A stretch of DNA of 64,000 nt from an uncultured Bacillales bacterium (GCA_948442255.1 CAOJRT010000002.1:8088-72087); one strand, 5' to 3'; positions 45,856 to 56,545 are shown, counted from the stretch's first letter. Numbers and translations are program-made. The notes: generated from the letters alone by a model not told the origin.

Positions 45856-47627
45856 TAGCAAAGTCCCATCTCTTCGCAAGAAGGAGTATCATCCTCTCCA
45901 TTTCCTTCTCCAACAGAAGCAACTCTTATTGTTAATTTACTTTTTCCATCTGTTAATATAGTTGTTCCTGGAGCTCTGCTTTGTTGAAAGATATGATTTT
46001 CATTATAACTAGTTCCTGTTACATACTCAATGGACAAGTCGATATCATATTTTTCACAGAAAGCTTGTACTTCTTCTACTGTATATGTTCCATCAGTAAA
46101 ATCTGGATAAGCCGTTACAATTTTAGAAACAGTAAATGTTATCGTATCTTTTAAAGATAACTTTGTTCCTGCAGAGATATCTTGCTCTAATATCACACCA
46201 TTTTGAATAGAATTACTATCTTTTTCATCTATTTCTCTAAATTCAATTAAAACATACAAACCATAGTCTCGTAATAACTGCTGAACTTCTTCATATTTTT
46301 TTCCTGTATAATCCTCTATCTCAATCTTCGTATCTCCCTTAGAAATATAAAGAGTTACAACAGTTCCTTTACTACGCTTACTTCCCGCAGCTGGATTTGT
46401 CTTAACAACATTTCCTATAGCAACATCTTCACTACTAATCTCTTCCTGTTGGTCAGAGACTTCAAAACCTAAATCTTGTAGTTCGGAAATGGCATCACTC
46501 ACCATTTTACCAGATAAGTCTGGAACCGTAATATCCTTTGTATTAAACCCAAATGAGATAAACAAAACGAAAGCTGCTACAATGACAATTAATCCAACAA
46601 AAATAGCAGATAAAACAACTAAAATACGATTTTCCTTTTTTATCTCCTCATTTGTTATTTTCTTGACCAAGATTTCATCATCTTTCTTTCCTTCACTATG
46701 TTCTTCCTCAGTATGTATTGCTTTTTCTACTTGTTTTGTAAACTTTTTATTGTCCCCATCTAATTCAGGAAAAGGATACACATACTTTTCTTCATTAATG
46801 CGTGCATCATCCATACAAGTCTTTAAATCTTCATACATTCCTCTTGCATCATTATATCGATTCTTTGGATTCTTAGCAGCACTTCTAAGAATAATATTTT
46901 CAACACTTTGGGGAACCTCTGGTATTTCTTCGCGAATACTTGGTAATGGCTCTTTTAAATGTTTTAAAGCAATTTCTACTGCATTATCCCCACGATAAGG
47001 AAGAGTTCCTGTTAAAAGTTCATACATTAAAATTCCCATCGAATAAATATCACTTTTCAAGGTACTTCCTTTTCCACTCGCTTGTTCAGGAGGCAAATAA
47101 TGCACACTCCCCATTACACTATTCGTTTGTGTAAGTTGTGTAGCATTCATCGCCATAGCGATTCCAAAATCCGTAATTTTAACTAAGCCATTTTCCAAAA
47201 TCATAATATTTTGTGGCTTAATATCTCTATGAATAATATAGGAATCGTGAGCAACACTAAGTCCATCCGCAATCTGCCCCATAATATCAATAACTTCGGT
47301 AACAGTAAGCTTACCACGTTTCTTCAAAAGGTCTTTTAAGTTTTTTCCCTCAATATACTCCATAACAATAAAGTATTGCCCATTATCATCGCCAACATCA
47401 TATACTTCCACAATATTAGGATGACTTAAACTACTTGCATTCAAAGCTTCTCTTTGAAATCTTCTAACAAACTTATCATCATTTGATAAATCTCCACGCA
47501 GAATTTTAACCGCAACATCACGATCTAAAATAGTATCATAGGCCAAATAAACATTAGCCATTCCACCTTCACCAATAGATTTAATTATTTGATAACGATC
47601 ATTAATCTTTTGCCCCTTCATTATCAT
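45855..47627 (-). CDS. prkC: Ser/Thr protein kinase with extracellular PASTA repeats
   Basis: 590 aa. GEGGMANVY, HRDIKPQN, DFGIA. TM helix, then three PASTA-like repeats. Confidence 0.93.
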   Translation of the reverse strand: MIMKGQKINDRYQIIKSIGEGGMANVYLAYDTILDRDVAVKILRGDLSNDDKFVRRFQREALNASSLSHPNIVEVYDVGDDNGQYFIVMEYIEGKNLKDLLKKRGKLTVTEVIDIMGQIADGLSVAHDSYIIHRDIKPQNIMILENGLVKITDFGIAMAMNATQLTQTNSVMGSVHYLPPEQASGKGSTLKSDIYSMGILMYELLTGTLPYRGDNAVEIALKHLKEPLPSIREEIPEVPQSVENIILRSAAKNPKNRYNDARGMYEDLKTCMDDARINEEKYVYPFPELDGDNKKFTKQVEKAIHTEEEHSEGKKDDEILVKKITNEEIKKENRILVVLSAIFVGLIVIVAAFVLFISFGFNTKDITVPDLSGKMVSDAISELQDLGFEVSDQQEEISSEDVAIGNVVKTNPAAGSKRSKGTVVTLYISKGDTKIEIEDYTGKKYEEVQQLLRDYGLYVLIEFREIDEKDSNSIQNGVILEQDISAGTKLSLKDTITFTVSKIVTAYPDFTDGTYTVEEVQAFCEKYDIDLSIEYVTGTSYNENHIFQQSRAPGTTILTDGKSKLTIRVASVGEGNGEDDTPSCEEMGLC

Positions 47628-48370
47628 TGCTCTTCACCGCCTTCTAGACACAAATAAGCTATAGAAATATTATCTGTTCCCCCACGCGCATTACTTTTAC
47701 GAATCAATTTAACAATTTTTTCTTCAATTTCTAAATCTTCATCATTTAAAACTTTTTCAATTTGTTCTTTCGTCAACATATTAGTTAAGCCATCACTACA
47801 TAATAATATACCATCAATATGAACATCCACTTCAAAAATATCAAGTTCACATTTTTCACTACTTCCCAAAGCTTTCATAAGTACATTTCGCTTAGGATGA
47901 TATTTCGCTTCTTCTTCTGTTAAATCCCCTGCGGCAACCAACAAATTCACTAAGGTATGGTCATTAGTAACTTTTTTTAGTTTTCCATTTTTAAATACAA
48001 ATCCTGAAGAATCACCAATATTACCGAAAATCAAATAATCTTGGGTAAGTAAGGCCATAACGGCAGTAGTTCCCATTCCCATACTATCAGGATTTTCTTT
48101 TGTATAATCTAATATTTCTTTATTAATTTCATTAATATTATCATTTAACCAATTAATTGCATCTAATTTACTTCCAACACTACTCATTTCAGTGAAGCGC
48201 TTTCCCATATGCGTCACAACCATAGAGCTAGCTACTTCTCCTGCTCTATGTCCTCCCATGCCATCAGCAACGATTAACAATTGTTCGCCATTTCCATTTT
48301 TTAAAATCGTAACAGAATCCTCATTATGATCTCTTACCTTTCCTGAATCGGTTAAATAAAATGTTTTCAT
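47624..48370 (-). CDS. prpC: PP2C-family Ser/Thr phosphatase
   Basis: 248 aa. NEDS, ADGMGGH, CSDGL, GGTDNIS. Confidence 0.92.
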   Translation of the reverse strand: MKTFYLTDSGKVRDHNEDSVTILKNGNGEQLLIVADGMGGHRAGEVASSMVVTHMGKRFTEMSSVGSKLDAINWLNDNINEINKEILDYTKENPDSMGMGTTAVMALLTQDYLIFGNIGDSSGFVFKNGKLKKVTNDHTLVNLLVAAGDLTEEEAKYHPKRNVLMKALGSSEKCELDIFEVDVHIDGILLCSDGLTNMLTKEQIEKVLNDEDLEIEEKIVKLIRKSNARGGTDNISIAYLCLEGGEEQ

Positions 48371-49386
48371 ACTTTCACCTCTTTACTTCTTAGCTGTCCA
48401 CAAGCTGCATCAATATTCCTGCCAAACTCTTTTCTTATCGTAACCGATAAACCATGTTTCTTTAAAATATCATAAAAATGCATAACTTGTTCTTTACTAG
48501 AACGTTTAAACTCCATATGATTCGTTTCATTATAAGGGATTAAATTAACATACACATTCATACCTTTTATTAAACGAGCGAGTGTATGTGCACATTCATC
48601 ACTATCATTCACTCCATTAAGCATAACATATTCTATCGTCACTCGTCTATTTGTAATTTGTATATATTCCTTAATTGTCCCCATAAGTAAATCCAAACTA
48701 TACGCTTTGTTTACAGGCATCAACCTATTTCTAAGTTCATTTGTTGGTGCATGCAAAGAAATAGCCAAATTAACTTGCAACTCTTCTTTAGCCAACTCTT
48801 GAATTTTAGGAACAATACCACATGTGGAAATCGTAATATGTCTAGCTCCTATCGCAATCCCTTTTGCATCATTAATAATTTTAATAAAATCCATCACATT
48901 TTCATAATTATCAAAAGGCTCGCCGATTCCCATAATAACAACACTAGAAATCCTTTCTTTTATGTCCTCTTCTACTAATAAAATTTGTTCTACCATTTCA
49001 TAAGCTTCTAAATTCCTGACCTTTTTAAGACGCCCCGACTCACAAAAAGCACACCCCATATTACAACCAACTTCACTACTAACACAGATAGACAAACCAT
49101 AATCGTGCTCCATTAAAACCGCTTCTACATAATTAGAATCAGCAAGTAGAAATAGGTATTTTTTCGACAATTTATCTTCTTGCTTTTTCTTTATTTTAAT
49201 TCGAACCATTGAAAAATCGTGACTTAGTTGTTCCTGCCACTCTTTTTTTATATTAGTCATAGAAAAAAAAGAATTTACTCGATGCTGATATAACCATTCA
49301 TATACTTGCAAAGCTTTAAATTTTTTTTCTCCCTGCTTTATAAAATAATCTTCTAAATCTACTCTTTTTATACCGTATATATTCAT
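48367..49386 (-). CDS. rlmN: 23S rRNA/tRNA (adenine-C2)-methyltransferase RlmN (radical SAM)
   Basis: 339 aa. CNMGCAFCESG radical-SAM cluster, GIGEP, C-terminal AACGQL. Confidence 0.92.
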   Translation of the reverse strand: MNIYGIKRVDLEDYFIKQGEKKFKALQVYEWLYQHRVNSFFSMTNIKKEWQEQLSHDFSMVRIKIKKKQEDKLSKKYLFLLADSNYVEAVLMEHDYGLSICVSSEVGCNMGCAFCESGRLKKVRNLEAYEMVEQILLVEEDIKERISSVVIMGIGEPFDNYENVMDFIKIINDAKGIAIGARHITISTCGIVPKIQELAKEELQVNLAISLHAPTNELRNRLMPVNKAYSLDLLMGTIKEYIQITNRRVTIEYVMLNGVNDSDECAHTLARLIKGMNVYVNLIPYNETNHMEFKRSSKEQVMHFYDILKKHGLSVTIRKEFGRNIDAACGQLRSKEVKV

Positions 49387-49447
49387 TATTTAACACCTAT
49401 CCTAATTATATCATAAAACAAAGATTAAATTACAAAAAAAACCATAT

Positions 49448-50140
49448 TTAGACCTCTAAATATAGTTTTATTCTCCGTATCACTTTTTTTTCTATTCGCG
49501 AAATATAAGACTGACTAATCCCGAGCAATTCCGCCACTTCTTTTTGTGTATAAGCTTGCGTATTAAAAAGACCATAACGCATAATCATAATTTGTTTATC
49601 TCTCTCTCCTAACGTATCAATATACTTAGTTAATAACTCAATATCTGTCTTTTTCTCATATTCTTGGTAGACAACATCTCCTTCCGTTCCCATAATATCT
49701 TCTAAATGTAACTCATTTCCTTCACTATCAAAACTTAACGCCTCATCAAAACTAACATCTCCTCTCCTTTTTTTATTCTTTCTGATATACATTAAAATTT
49801 CATTTGAAATACATCTTGAAGCATAAGTAGCTAGCCGTATATTTTTATCAATCTTATAAGTATTAATTCCTTTTATTAAGCCAATAGACCCAATACTGAC
49901 TAAATCTTCTAAAGAATCAGTTGCCGACTCATACTTCTTCGCTATAAAAACAACCAAACGTAAATTGTGTTCAATCAATTTATTCTTAGCCTCAACATCC
50001 CCCTTTTGCGCTTTAATTAAATATTGAATTTCCTCTTCTTTTTCTAAAGGTGGCGGTAATATGTCACTACTTCCCACAAAGAAAAAAGCATTAAACTTCG
50101 TTCGTATAAAATAAATAAGTTTCTTAATAAATTGTATCAT
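49448..50140 (-). CDS. sigE: sporulation sigma factor E precursor (pro-sigma-E)
   Basis: 230 aa. Pro-sequence + ILPPPLEKEEE, NLRLVVFIAKKY, SRCISNEILMY, GISQSYISRIEK. Directly downstream of spoIIGA. Confidence 0.9.
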   Translation of the reverse strand: MIQFIKKLIYFIRTKFNAFFFVGSSDILPPPLEKEEEIQYLIKAQKGDVEAKNKLIEHNLRLVVFIAKKYESATDSLEDLVSIGSIGLIKGINTYKIDKNIRLATYASRCISNEILMYIRKNKKRRGDVSFDEALSFDSEGNELHLEDIMGTEGDVVYQEYEKKTDIELLTKYIDTLGERDKQIMIMRYGLFNTQAYTQKEVAELLGISQSYISRIEKKVIRRIKLYLEV

Positions 50141-50928
50141 TTTAATCCCTCCATAATTTGATTATTTATAATACAGTCAATCCCATCTATAAAAAAGGAA
50201 TCGTGACTTAATCCTACTAAAAAAGATTTTGTCTCCTTCCCGTCAATCACTATCTTAAAAGGGCGAAAACACGTAAGTAAACCACTATTATTTAAGGTAA
50301 CATAAGGTACATAAATAGGACTCCGTATATGATAATCAGGCAAACTCTTTTCATTTACAAGCAAGACACTATGATTCGAATAAGGATCTTTTATCTTATT
50401 TCCAGTATCTAAAAAAGCATTCAGCGTAACAAATTTATCTTCATTAAAATAAAGATCACATTTATAATAATTGGCATAATGATTTTTAAATTGTTTAAAA
50501 GATTTAATATACTTAAAGAATAAGAAGACACTAATAACAAGAACACTAAGATAGGACATACCAAGCCCTTTCGCCGAAAAAACAAGTCCCTTATTTGTAT
50601 AGCTGAATTGATTTTGTAAAAAAGAGACACTACCTCCAAGTAACATACTCACTAAATAAAAATACAAAACATTTTTAAAAAAATATTGTATATCCCGGTA
50701 TCCGAAAGCAACCCACAGCATAACTAATGAAACCCCAATTTTATAAAGAAAGAAACAAATAGAATTCATATCAAGAAATAAAAGAAACAAAGTAACTCCT
50801 CCTAATAAAGAGGCAAAAAAAAGATGATACCATTTCCTATTCCGTCTTAATATATAATTAACACTCACCAGTAATAAAAAATCAAAGATAAAATTTAACA
50901 AAAATACCAAATCCAAATAAATCTTCAT
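50137..50928 (-). CDS. spoIIGA: sigma-E processing peptidase SpoIIGA
   Basis: Start taken at MKIYLDLVFLLNF (50928). Five TM helices + aspartic protease motif FLDTGN. Confidence 0.85.
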   Translation of the reverse strand: MKIYLDLVFLLNFIFDFLLLVSVNYILRRNRKWYHLFFASLLGGVTLFLLFLDMNSICFFLYKIGVSLVMLWVAFGYRDIQYFFKNVLYFYLVSMLLGGSVSFLQNQFSYTNKGLVFSAKGLGMSYLSVLVISVFLFFKYIKSFKQFKNHYANYYKCDLYFNEDKFVTLNAFLDTGNKIKDPYSNHSVLLVNEKSLPDYHIRSPIYVPYVTLNNSGLLTCFRPFKIVIDGKETKSFLVGLSHDSFFIDGIDCIINNQIMEGLK

Positions 50929-50990
50929 AATATCACCAACCTTACTATACAAAAATACATTTGGAAAAAATGTCAAAAAAAAACGATTTA

Positions 50991-52064
50991 TTAAAAATCG
51001 TCTCTATTTCTTAAGAATGGAGGGATATCTACATTATCCAAATCATCCTCTTCTTCTCGATAAAAAGAACTATGATTTTTAGAAGAATTCTCTTCCATAT
51101 TATTGATTTGCTCACGATTATCATCAAATCCAGTGGCAATAACAGTAACAATAACTTCATCATTTAAGTTTTCGTTAATAACAGCACCAAAAATAGTATT
51201 AATATCCGTATTAGCAGCATTACGAACAACTTCAGCGGCATCTTCAGCTTCAAACAAAGTCAATGTGTTTCCACCTGTAATATTAATAATAGCATCAGTT
51301 GCTCCATCAATCGTATTTTCAAGTAATGGGGATGCTACCGCTTGTTTCGCCGCTTCTATGGCACGATCCTCTCCTACACCAATTCCAATTCCAATAATCG
51401 CATTTCCTCGATTTTGCATAACCGTTTTAACATCAGCAAAATCCAAGTTAACAAGACCAGATACAGCAATTAAATCAGAAATAGATTGAACACCTCTACG
51501 CAAAACATTATCAACTTCTCTAAACGCTTCTAGCATTGGTGTTGTTCTATCTATCATATCTCTTAATCGATCATTCGGTATAACAATAATAGTATCCACA
51601 TGCTTTCTTAATTCTTCCAATCCTACTTCCGCATGCTCCATTCTTTTTCGTCCTTCAAATTTAAAAGGCTTTGTAACAATAGCAACAGTTAAAGCACCTT
51701 GACTTTGCGCAATCTCCGCTACAATGGGAGCAGCACCAGTTCCTGTTCCTCCCCCTAGCCCACAAGTAACAAAAACCATATCAGCTCCCGCTAAAGCGTC
51801 CTCAATTTCTTTTTTACTCTCTAAAGCAGCTTCTCTACCAATTTCAGGATTAGCACCAGCTCCTAAACCTTCTGTAATCGTTTTTCCAATTTGCAATTTG
51901 GTTTCTGCTTTACTAGCATTTAATACTTGTAAATCTGTATTAGCTACTATAAAGTCAACACCACCTACACCAACTTCTATCATTCGATTAACAGCATTAC
52001 ATCCGCCTCCACCGACTCCTATGACCTTTATATTCGCAATTTGATCTCTTTGTAATTCTTGCAT
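50991..52064 (-). CDS. ftsZ: cell division protein FtsZ
   Basis: [23 protein letters not shown] 52064 is better spaced from GGAGG than the track start 52073. Confidence 0.97.
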   Translation of the reverse strand: MQELQRDQIANIKVIGVGGGGCNAVNRMIEVGVGGVDFIVANTDLQVLNASKAETKLQIGKTITEGLGAGANPEIGREAALESKKEIEDALAGADMVFVTCGLGGGTGTGAAPIVAEIAQSQGALTVAIVTKPFKFEGRKRMEHAEVGLEELRKHVDTIIVIPNDRLRDMIDRTTPMLEAFREVDNVLRRGVQSISDLIAVSGLVNLDFADVKTVMQNRGNAIIGIGIGVGEDRAIEAAKQAVASPLLENTIDGATDAIINITGGNTLTLFEAEDAAEVVRNAANTDINTIFGAVINENLNDEVIVTVIATGFDDNREQINNMEENSSKNHSSFYREEEDDLDNVDIPPFLRNRDDF

Positions 52065-52081
52065 TTTTTGCATCCTCCTTA

Positions 52082-53320
52082 TTAACCATTAAAAATGTAT
52101 CCAAACAATTTTGCTATAACACTTTCTTCTTGACTATTCAAATTAGCACCGCTTAAGATTTGTTGCTCCTCAATAGTAAAGATAGAATAATCTTTATCTT
52201 TTAACTGCTGCATATAAGCATAATATTTTATAAGACCAACACAAGTGTTATATTTATTATGCCTAACGCCTATTTCTTTAATAAGCCCCAGAGTCACTTC
52301 TTTTCCAAAAGTCTCATGTAATGTTAATGCAAAATCCTTACACTCTGTTAATCCTCCTGTAAATATTATATAACTTATTTCCTTTTTTGTTAAGTGATTT
52401 ATCTCTTTCTTACACAACTTAAGAATTTCCAACACTCGACTCGTAACCATTTCACTTACTTCAGATTGACTAACAACAATCATATCATCCATATTATTAG
52501 GAACTTCTAATAAATCTTTTTCTTGTGCTAAACCCGTATGAGCAAGAGCAAATTCTTCTTTTAGTTCTTTTGCCACTTGATTATGCACTTTATATATAAA
52601 AGAAATATCATTGTCAACGTTCTTCCCACCACGAAGTAAAACATTAGAATTTGTTAAAACCCCTTTGTTAAAAATAGATACCGTTGTCGTTTCTGCTCCT
52701 ATATTAACTAGTGCACCAATACTCTTATCTAAATCCTTATCTTTAAAAGAAAAATAATCTCCTATCGCATCTAACGCAATATCAAGAACATCAATACGTA
52801 ATCTTTCCAAACAAGCAAGAATAGGGTAAATATTCTTTTTAGGAGTCGATACCATCACACCACGCACTTTTAATACTTTAGAGGTAAGACCCTTTGGATC
52901 TCTTACTACTCGATTGTCATCTAAAGTAAAACTAGTAGGAAACATGGAAATATACTCTAGGTTAGGATCTTTCTTACTTTTGACTGCTTTTTGACTAACA
53001 AAAATAATATCTTTTCCTTCAATCAAATGTCCTTCGTTTTGAATTTCTGTACTCGCTTCTACTACAGTATATATCGCATTATTTGCTGGGACAGAAAGAA
53101 CCAATTGATGGATTTTTAAGCCGATAATTTCTTCACATTTTTGTATTACCTTTTCTACTACAGGAAGCAAAGCATTAGGCTCTTCCACCAAACCATCTTT
53201 TACTCCTTCACTCGGATGATCTGCTACAGCCAAAATGTTTAATTTTTTTTTTACCATTTCGCCGACAACGCATTTTACAGTATCAGATCCTACATCTAAA
53301 CACGCCATTATCTTTCGCAT
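52082..53320 (-). CDS. ftsA: cell division protein FtsA
   Basis: Actin-like ATPase (LDVGSDT, NIGAETT, FTGG). ATG 53320 lies 6 nt after GGAGTG. Confidence 0.93.
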   Translation of the reverse strand: MRKIMACLDVGSDTVKCVVGEMVKKKLNILAVADHPSEGVKDGLVEEPNALLPVVEKVIQKCEEIIGLKIHQLVLSVPANNAIYTVVEASTEIQNEGHLIEGKDIIFVSQKAVKSKKDPNLEYISMFPTSFTLDDNRVVRDPKGLTSKVLKVRGVMVSTPKKNIYPILACLERLRIDVLDIALDAIGDYFSFKDKDLDKSIGALVNIGAETTTVSIFNKGVLTNSNVLLRGGKNVDNDISFIYKVHNQVAKELKEEFALAHTGLAQEKDLLEVPNNMDDMIVVSQSEVSEMVTSRVLEILKLCKKEINHLTKKEISYIIFTGGLTECKDFALTLHETFGKEVTLGLIKEIGVRHNKYNTCVGLIKYYAYMQQLKDKDYSIFTIEEQQILSGANLNSQEESVIAKLFGYIFNG

Positions 53321-53405
53321 TCTCATCACTCCATATTATACTAATTTTAATTATACAAGAATTAAGAAAATAAATCAACAAAGTACACAAAATACATGAA
53401 AAAAA

Positions 53406-53589
53406 TGTAACTATTCAGACTATAGTAATTTCAAAAATTAAATTTCCCATAAAATAAAGGATTGTTCAAATATTGATGATAAAAATTTTCACTATTGAAA
53501 AAAGCTTAAATATTTAAACTTTCCTTATAAATATTAGCGTTACAGCATATTTTTGATTATTTCATAATAATAGTGTCTGAATAGTTACA
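53406..53589. repeat. 184-bp segment bounded by a perfect 15-bp inverted repeat
   Basis: TGTAACTATTCAGAC (53406..53420) and its exact reverse complement GTCTGAATAGTTACA (53575..53589), 154 bp apart, in the paralog-B/ftsA intergenic region. Confidence 0.9.
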
Positions 53590-53666
53590 AAAAAAATGAT
53601 TATTACAATCATTTTTAATAAGCAAACAATACTTAGAAATAGAATAACTTGTTTTAAAATTTTCTT

Positions 53667-55136
53667 TTAATTAGAAATAACATAAGGAGATTGAACACTA
53701 CCATCTCCTGAAGAGTAAAGACTTCCTTTTTTTAGTGATAAAACAGGTCTTACTCCTCCTAAAGTACCATCCCAATAGCCATCTCCTATTCCGAATCCAT
53801 AGCCATCTTTAACAGCTAAAGCGGCTATCATAACAGGTATACCACCATGACTATATCGAGAGGGAGAAAGAGTATAATAATGGGAACTAGATGCTAAAAG
53901 CGATCCAGCCATCAAAAGTTCATCACTTGTTATTAGTCCAACTGGATAAGTTAAAGCTCCATTTCCTATTTCACTACTTACTGTAAAAATATCTTCTTTA
54001 TTAGTCGCGCCAAGCTTTATAGTCGCTCGTTTAACAGCATCAGCTTCTTCAGAGAAAACTAATCCCCATATACGAATCGAAGGAGCAAAGTTAAAAGGAT
54101 AATTATCTCCTACTGCTCCATCTCTTTCATTATAAAAAGGAGTATCTTCTAAGTAATCTAAGTAATTAAGCAAATTGTTTCTAAACCACTCATCTACAAC
54201 CCCTTTTATAGTAGAGTCTTTTGTATTATTATCATACATATAACCAACGTACTTTGCATCACCTTGCCCTGTATTAAATACACTTTTTCCTATCTCGGTT
54301 GCATCCCCTGTATTATTACATATGCCATTATTTGGAATTCCATTATAGATAAGCTTCACGCCTCCTGTATTAGTAGTACGTATGATCTTCCAACAGAAGT
54401 TGGCGAATATAACATTATTGTTTTCTACTGCTCCTCGATAGTAATAAATAGGTTCCCCATCTTTTTCTATCTTTGTTAGTTTGTATACACCTACTCCATT
54501 TTTTTCAGTTCCAAGATTTAGATTCACATCACTTTCAGCCACACTACTTAATACACGTGATAGTACTTTTCTTTTCCTTAGAACTCCATTTCCATCTTCT
54601 TGCACATAGTTTATTTGACATGTTAAATTAATTGTTTCTCCTTTGCTTGGAAGTTCTTCAGCTTTAATAATTCTATTAAATTGAATCAATACTTTTAATT
54701 GTTCTTTTTCACCAACTTTTAAAGTATCTCCTCTTTGAATTTCTACACCATCTGCATAAGTAACATGGAAAGTTAAATAATGACTTTGTGTTTCAGTTAA
54801 AATCGTTTTCACAAAAGACTCCACTCTTGCATCTATCGACCCACTATTTACTACATCCACATAAAACTCATAAAACTCTCCTGGTTCTCCAAAGGTAAAA
54901 TTCAAAGAGAGACTTGTTTTATCACTTCCTATTACTGGATTCCCCTCTATACTTCCTTCTCTTACACTAATATTTTCAAAGTGAACGTCCCAAATATTGG
55001 CACCAATCTTAGCGATTGTATTTATTTTCATATTTTCCGAAAGAATGGCATACCCAATACCCATGCACAAAAAAATTATTAGAAGTATTAAAGATAAAAC
55101 CTTCTTTTTAGAAGTTACTCTATTTAAACTTTTCAT
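53667..55136 (-). CDS. secreted/surface protein, paralog B (489 aa)
   Basis: Collinear with 30679..32175 (N-terminal ...FLCMGIGYAILSE, FANFCWKIIRTTNTGG, LEDTPFYNERD, GGVRPVLSLK...GDGSVQSPY). Promoter-like TTGCTA-17-TATAAT at 55200..55172. Confidence 0.8.
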   Translation of the reverse strand: MKSLNRVTSKKKVLSLILLIIFLCMGIGYAILSENMKINTIAKIGANIWDVHFENISVREGSIEGNPVIGSDKTSLSLNFTFGEPGEFYEFYVDVVNSGSIDARVESFVKTILTETQSHYLTFHVTYADGVEIQRGDTLKVGEKEQLKVLIQFNRIIKAEELPSKGETINLTCQINYVQEDGNGVLRKRKVLSRVLSSVAESDVNLNLGTEKNGVGVYKLTKIEKDGEPIYYYRGAVENNNVIFANFCWKIIRTTNTGGVKLIYNGIPNNGICNNTGDATEIGKSVFNTGQGDAKYVGYMYDNNTKDSTIKGVVDEWFRNNLLNYLDYLEDTPFYNERDGAVGDNYPFNFAPSIRIWGLVFSEEADAVKRATIKLGATNKEDIFTVSSEIGNGALTYPVGLITSDELLMAGSLLASSSHYYTLSPSRYSHGGIPVMIAALAVKDGYGFGIGDGYWDGTLGGVRPVLSLKKGSLYSSGDGSVQSPYVISN

Positions 55137-55198
55137 ATACTACACTCCCAAATTATTTCTATTCTATCTTTATTATACCTCTTACGTGGCAAAATAGC

Positions 55199-55224
55199 AA
55201 AAAAAAAACTCAACAAATGAGTTT
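55199..55224 (-). terminator. rho-independent terminator of the infC-rpmI-rplT operon
   Basis: Minus strand AAACTCA-TTTGT-TGAGTTT followed by a T10 run, 5 nt after the rplT stop. Confidence 0.8.
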
Positions 55225-55228
55225 ATTT

Positions 55229-55771
55229 CTATTTACTTAACACTTCAATTAATTCAGCCTTTTTCATTGAAGTAGCACCTTCAATACCTTTTTCTTTAGC
55301 AGCTTCTTTTAATTCAGCTACAGTCATCTTAGAATAATCAACTGTCTTTTTTTCTTCTGATTTCTTTGTTTCGCTTTTTAAAGCAGTTGCTTTCTTTTCT
55401 ACTTTCACTACTTTTCCCTCTAATGCAGCTTTAGCTGTAACAACTAAAGAAGCAAAAGCAGCAGGATCATCAATCGCAATTGTACTAAGCATTTTTCTAT
55501 CAATTAAAACACCTGCTTTAGTTAAACCATTAATAAATTTAGAATAACTAATTTCATTTTCACGACAAGCTGCATTAATTCTAGTAATCCATAATTTTCT
55601 AAAATTTCTCTTATTAGTTCTTCTATCTCTAAACGCATAAACTCCACTATGGAATGTTTGTTCTTGAGCTGTTTTAAATAATCTATGTTTAGAACCAAAA
55701 TAACCTTTAGCTTGTTTTAAAACTTTTCTTCTTCTATTTTTAGCAACATTTCCGCCTTTAACTCTTGTCAT
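55229..55771 (-). CDS. rplT: 50S ribosomal protein L20 with ~60-aa C-terminal extension
   Basis: Residues 1-118 are canonical L20 ([24 protein letters not shown]...). Residues ~119-180 are Lys/Glu-rich and end in [30 protein letters not shown]. Confidence 0.93.
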   Translation of the reverse strand: MTRVKGGNVAKNRRRKVLKQAKGYFGSKHRLFKTAQEQTFHSGVYAFRDRRTNKRNFRKLWITRINAACRENEISYSKFINGLTKAGVLIDRKMLSTIAIDDPAAFASLVVTAKAALEGKVVKVEKKATALKSETKKSEEKKTVDYSKMTVAELKEAAKEKGIEGATSMKKAELIEVLSK

Positions 55772-55788
55772 ATCCTACTCCCCCTTCT

Positions 55789-55983
55789 CTAAATGAAATC
55801 CTTCAAACGCTTAGTATCTGCAGCGTTAAGAACTCCTTGATTTCTTCTTTGTCTAACTATTTTTCCACTATCTTTTGCCGTTTTATGATTACCATTTGAC
55901 TTTTTATAAACAATAGTACCATTCTTTTTAGCTTTTAATACTTTACTAGATGATTTATGTGTCTTTTGTTTACAATTTCCCAT
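55789..55983 (-). CDS. rpmI: 50S ribosomal protein L35
   Basis: 64 aa, basic, between infC and rplT. KQKTHKSSSK N-terminus. Confidence 0.88.
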   Translation of the reverse strand: MGNCKQKTHKSSSKVLKAKKNGTIVYKKSNGNHKTAKDSGKIVRQRRNQGVLNAADTKRLKDFI

Positions 55984-55999
55984 AATTACACTTCCTTCT

Positions 56000-56524
56000 C
56001 TATTTTTTTGGTGCTAATAGCATGATCATAGTACGTCCTTCCAATTTTGGTTGAGACTCTATATCACAAACATCACTTAACTCATTCGCAAAACGAAGCA
56101 TGACTTCTTTTCCAAGTTCAGGGCGTTCAATTATTCTTCCTTTAAAGCGAATAGACACTTTAATCTTATGTCCCTTTTTCAAATACTCAGAAGCATTCTT
56201 CTTACGTGTATTAAAATCATGGACATCAATCCCCAAACTCAATTGATATTCTTTTATATCTTTATTACTTTCTCTTTGCTTCTTTTGTGATTCCTTAAGT
56301 TTCTTTTGTTTTTCATAACGATATTTATTATAATCCATAATTTTTCCTACAGCAGGAGTAGCATTACCGCTCATTAGAACTAAGTCTAATCCAGCATAAT
56401 TTGCTAAAGTTAACGCATCTTTAAGAGCTTTAACTCCCATTTGTTCCCCATTCGGACCAATTACCATTAATTCAGCCACTCTAATTTGCTCATTGATTGG
56501 CATATCATTTTTATCTTTTGCTAT
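56000..56524 (-). CDS. infC: translation initiation factor IF-3, probable non-AUG (AUA) start
   Basis: INEQIRVAELMVIGPNGEQ..., C-terminal domain. GGAGGTG is followed 6 nt later by ATA (56524..56522), giving (M)AKDKNDMPINEQIR, parallel to B. subtilis MISKDQLVNEGIR. The track start is an upstream GTG inside the RBS. Confidence 0.85.
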   Translation of the reverse strand: MAKDKNDMPINEQIRVAELMVIGPNGEQMGVKALKDALTLANYAGLDLVLMSGNATPAVGKIMDYNKYRYEKQKKLKESQKKQRESNKDIKEYQLSLGIDVHDFNTRKKNASEYLKKGHKIKVSIRFKGRIIERPELGKEVMLRFANELSDVCDIESQPKLEGRTMIMLLAPKK

Positions 56525-56545
56525 ACTAAGCACCTCCACACAATT

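Noticed and set aside
55199-55208. A10/T10 homopolymer upstream of paralog B as a second phase-variation tract
   Set aside because: It is the U-tail of the rplT terminator hairpin and lies upstream of the -35 element of the paralog-B promoter, not in its spacer.
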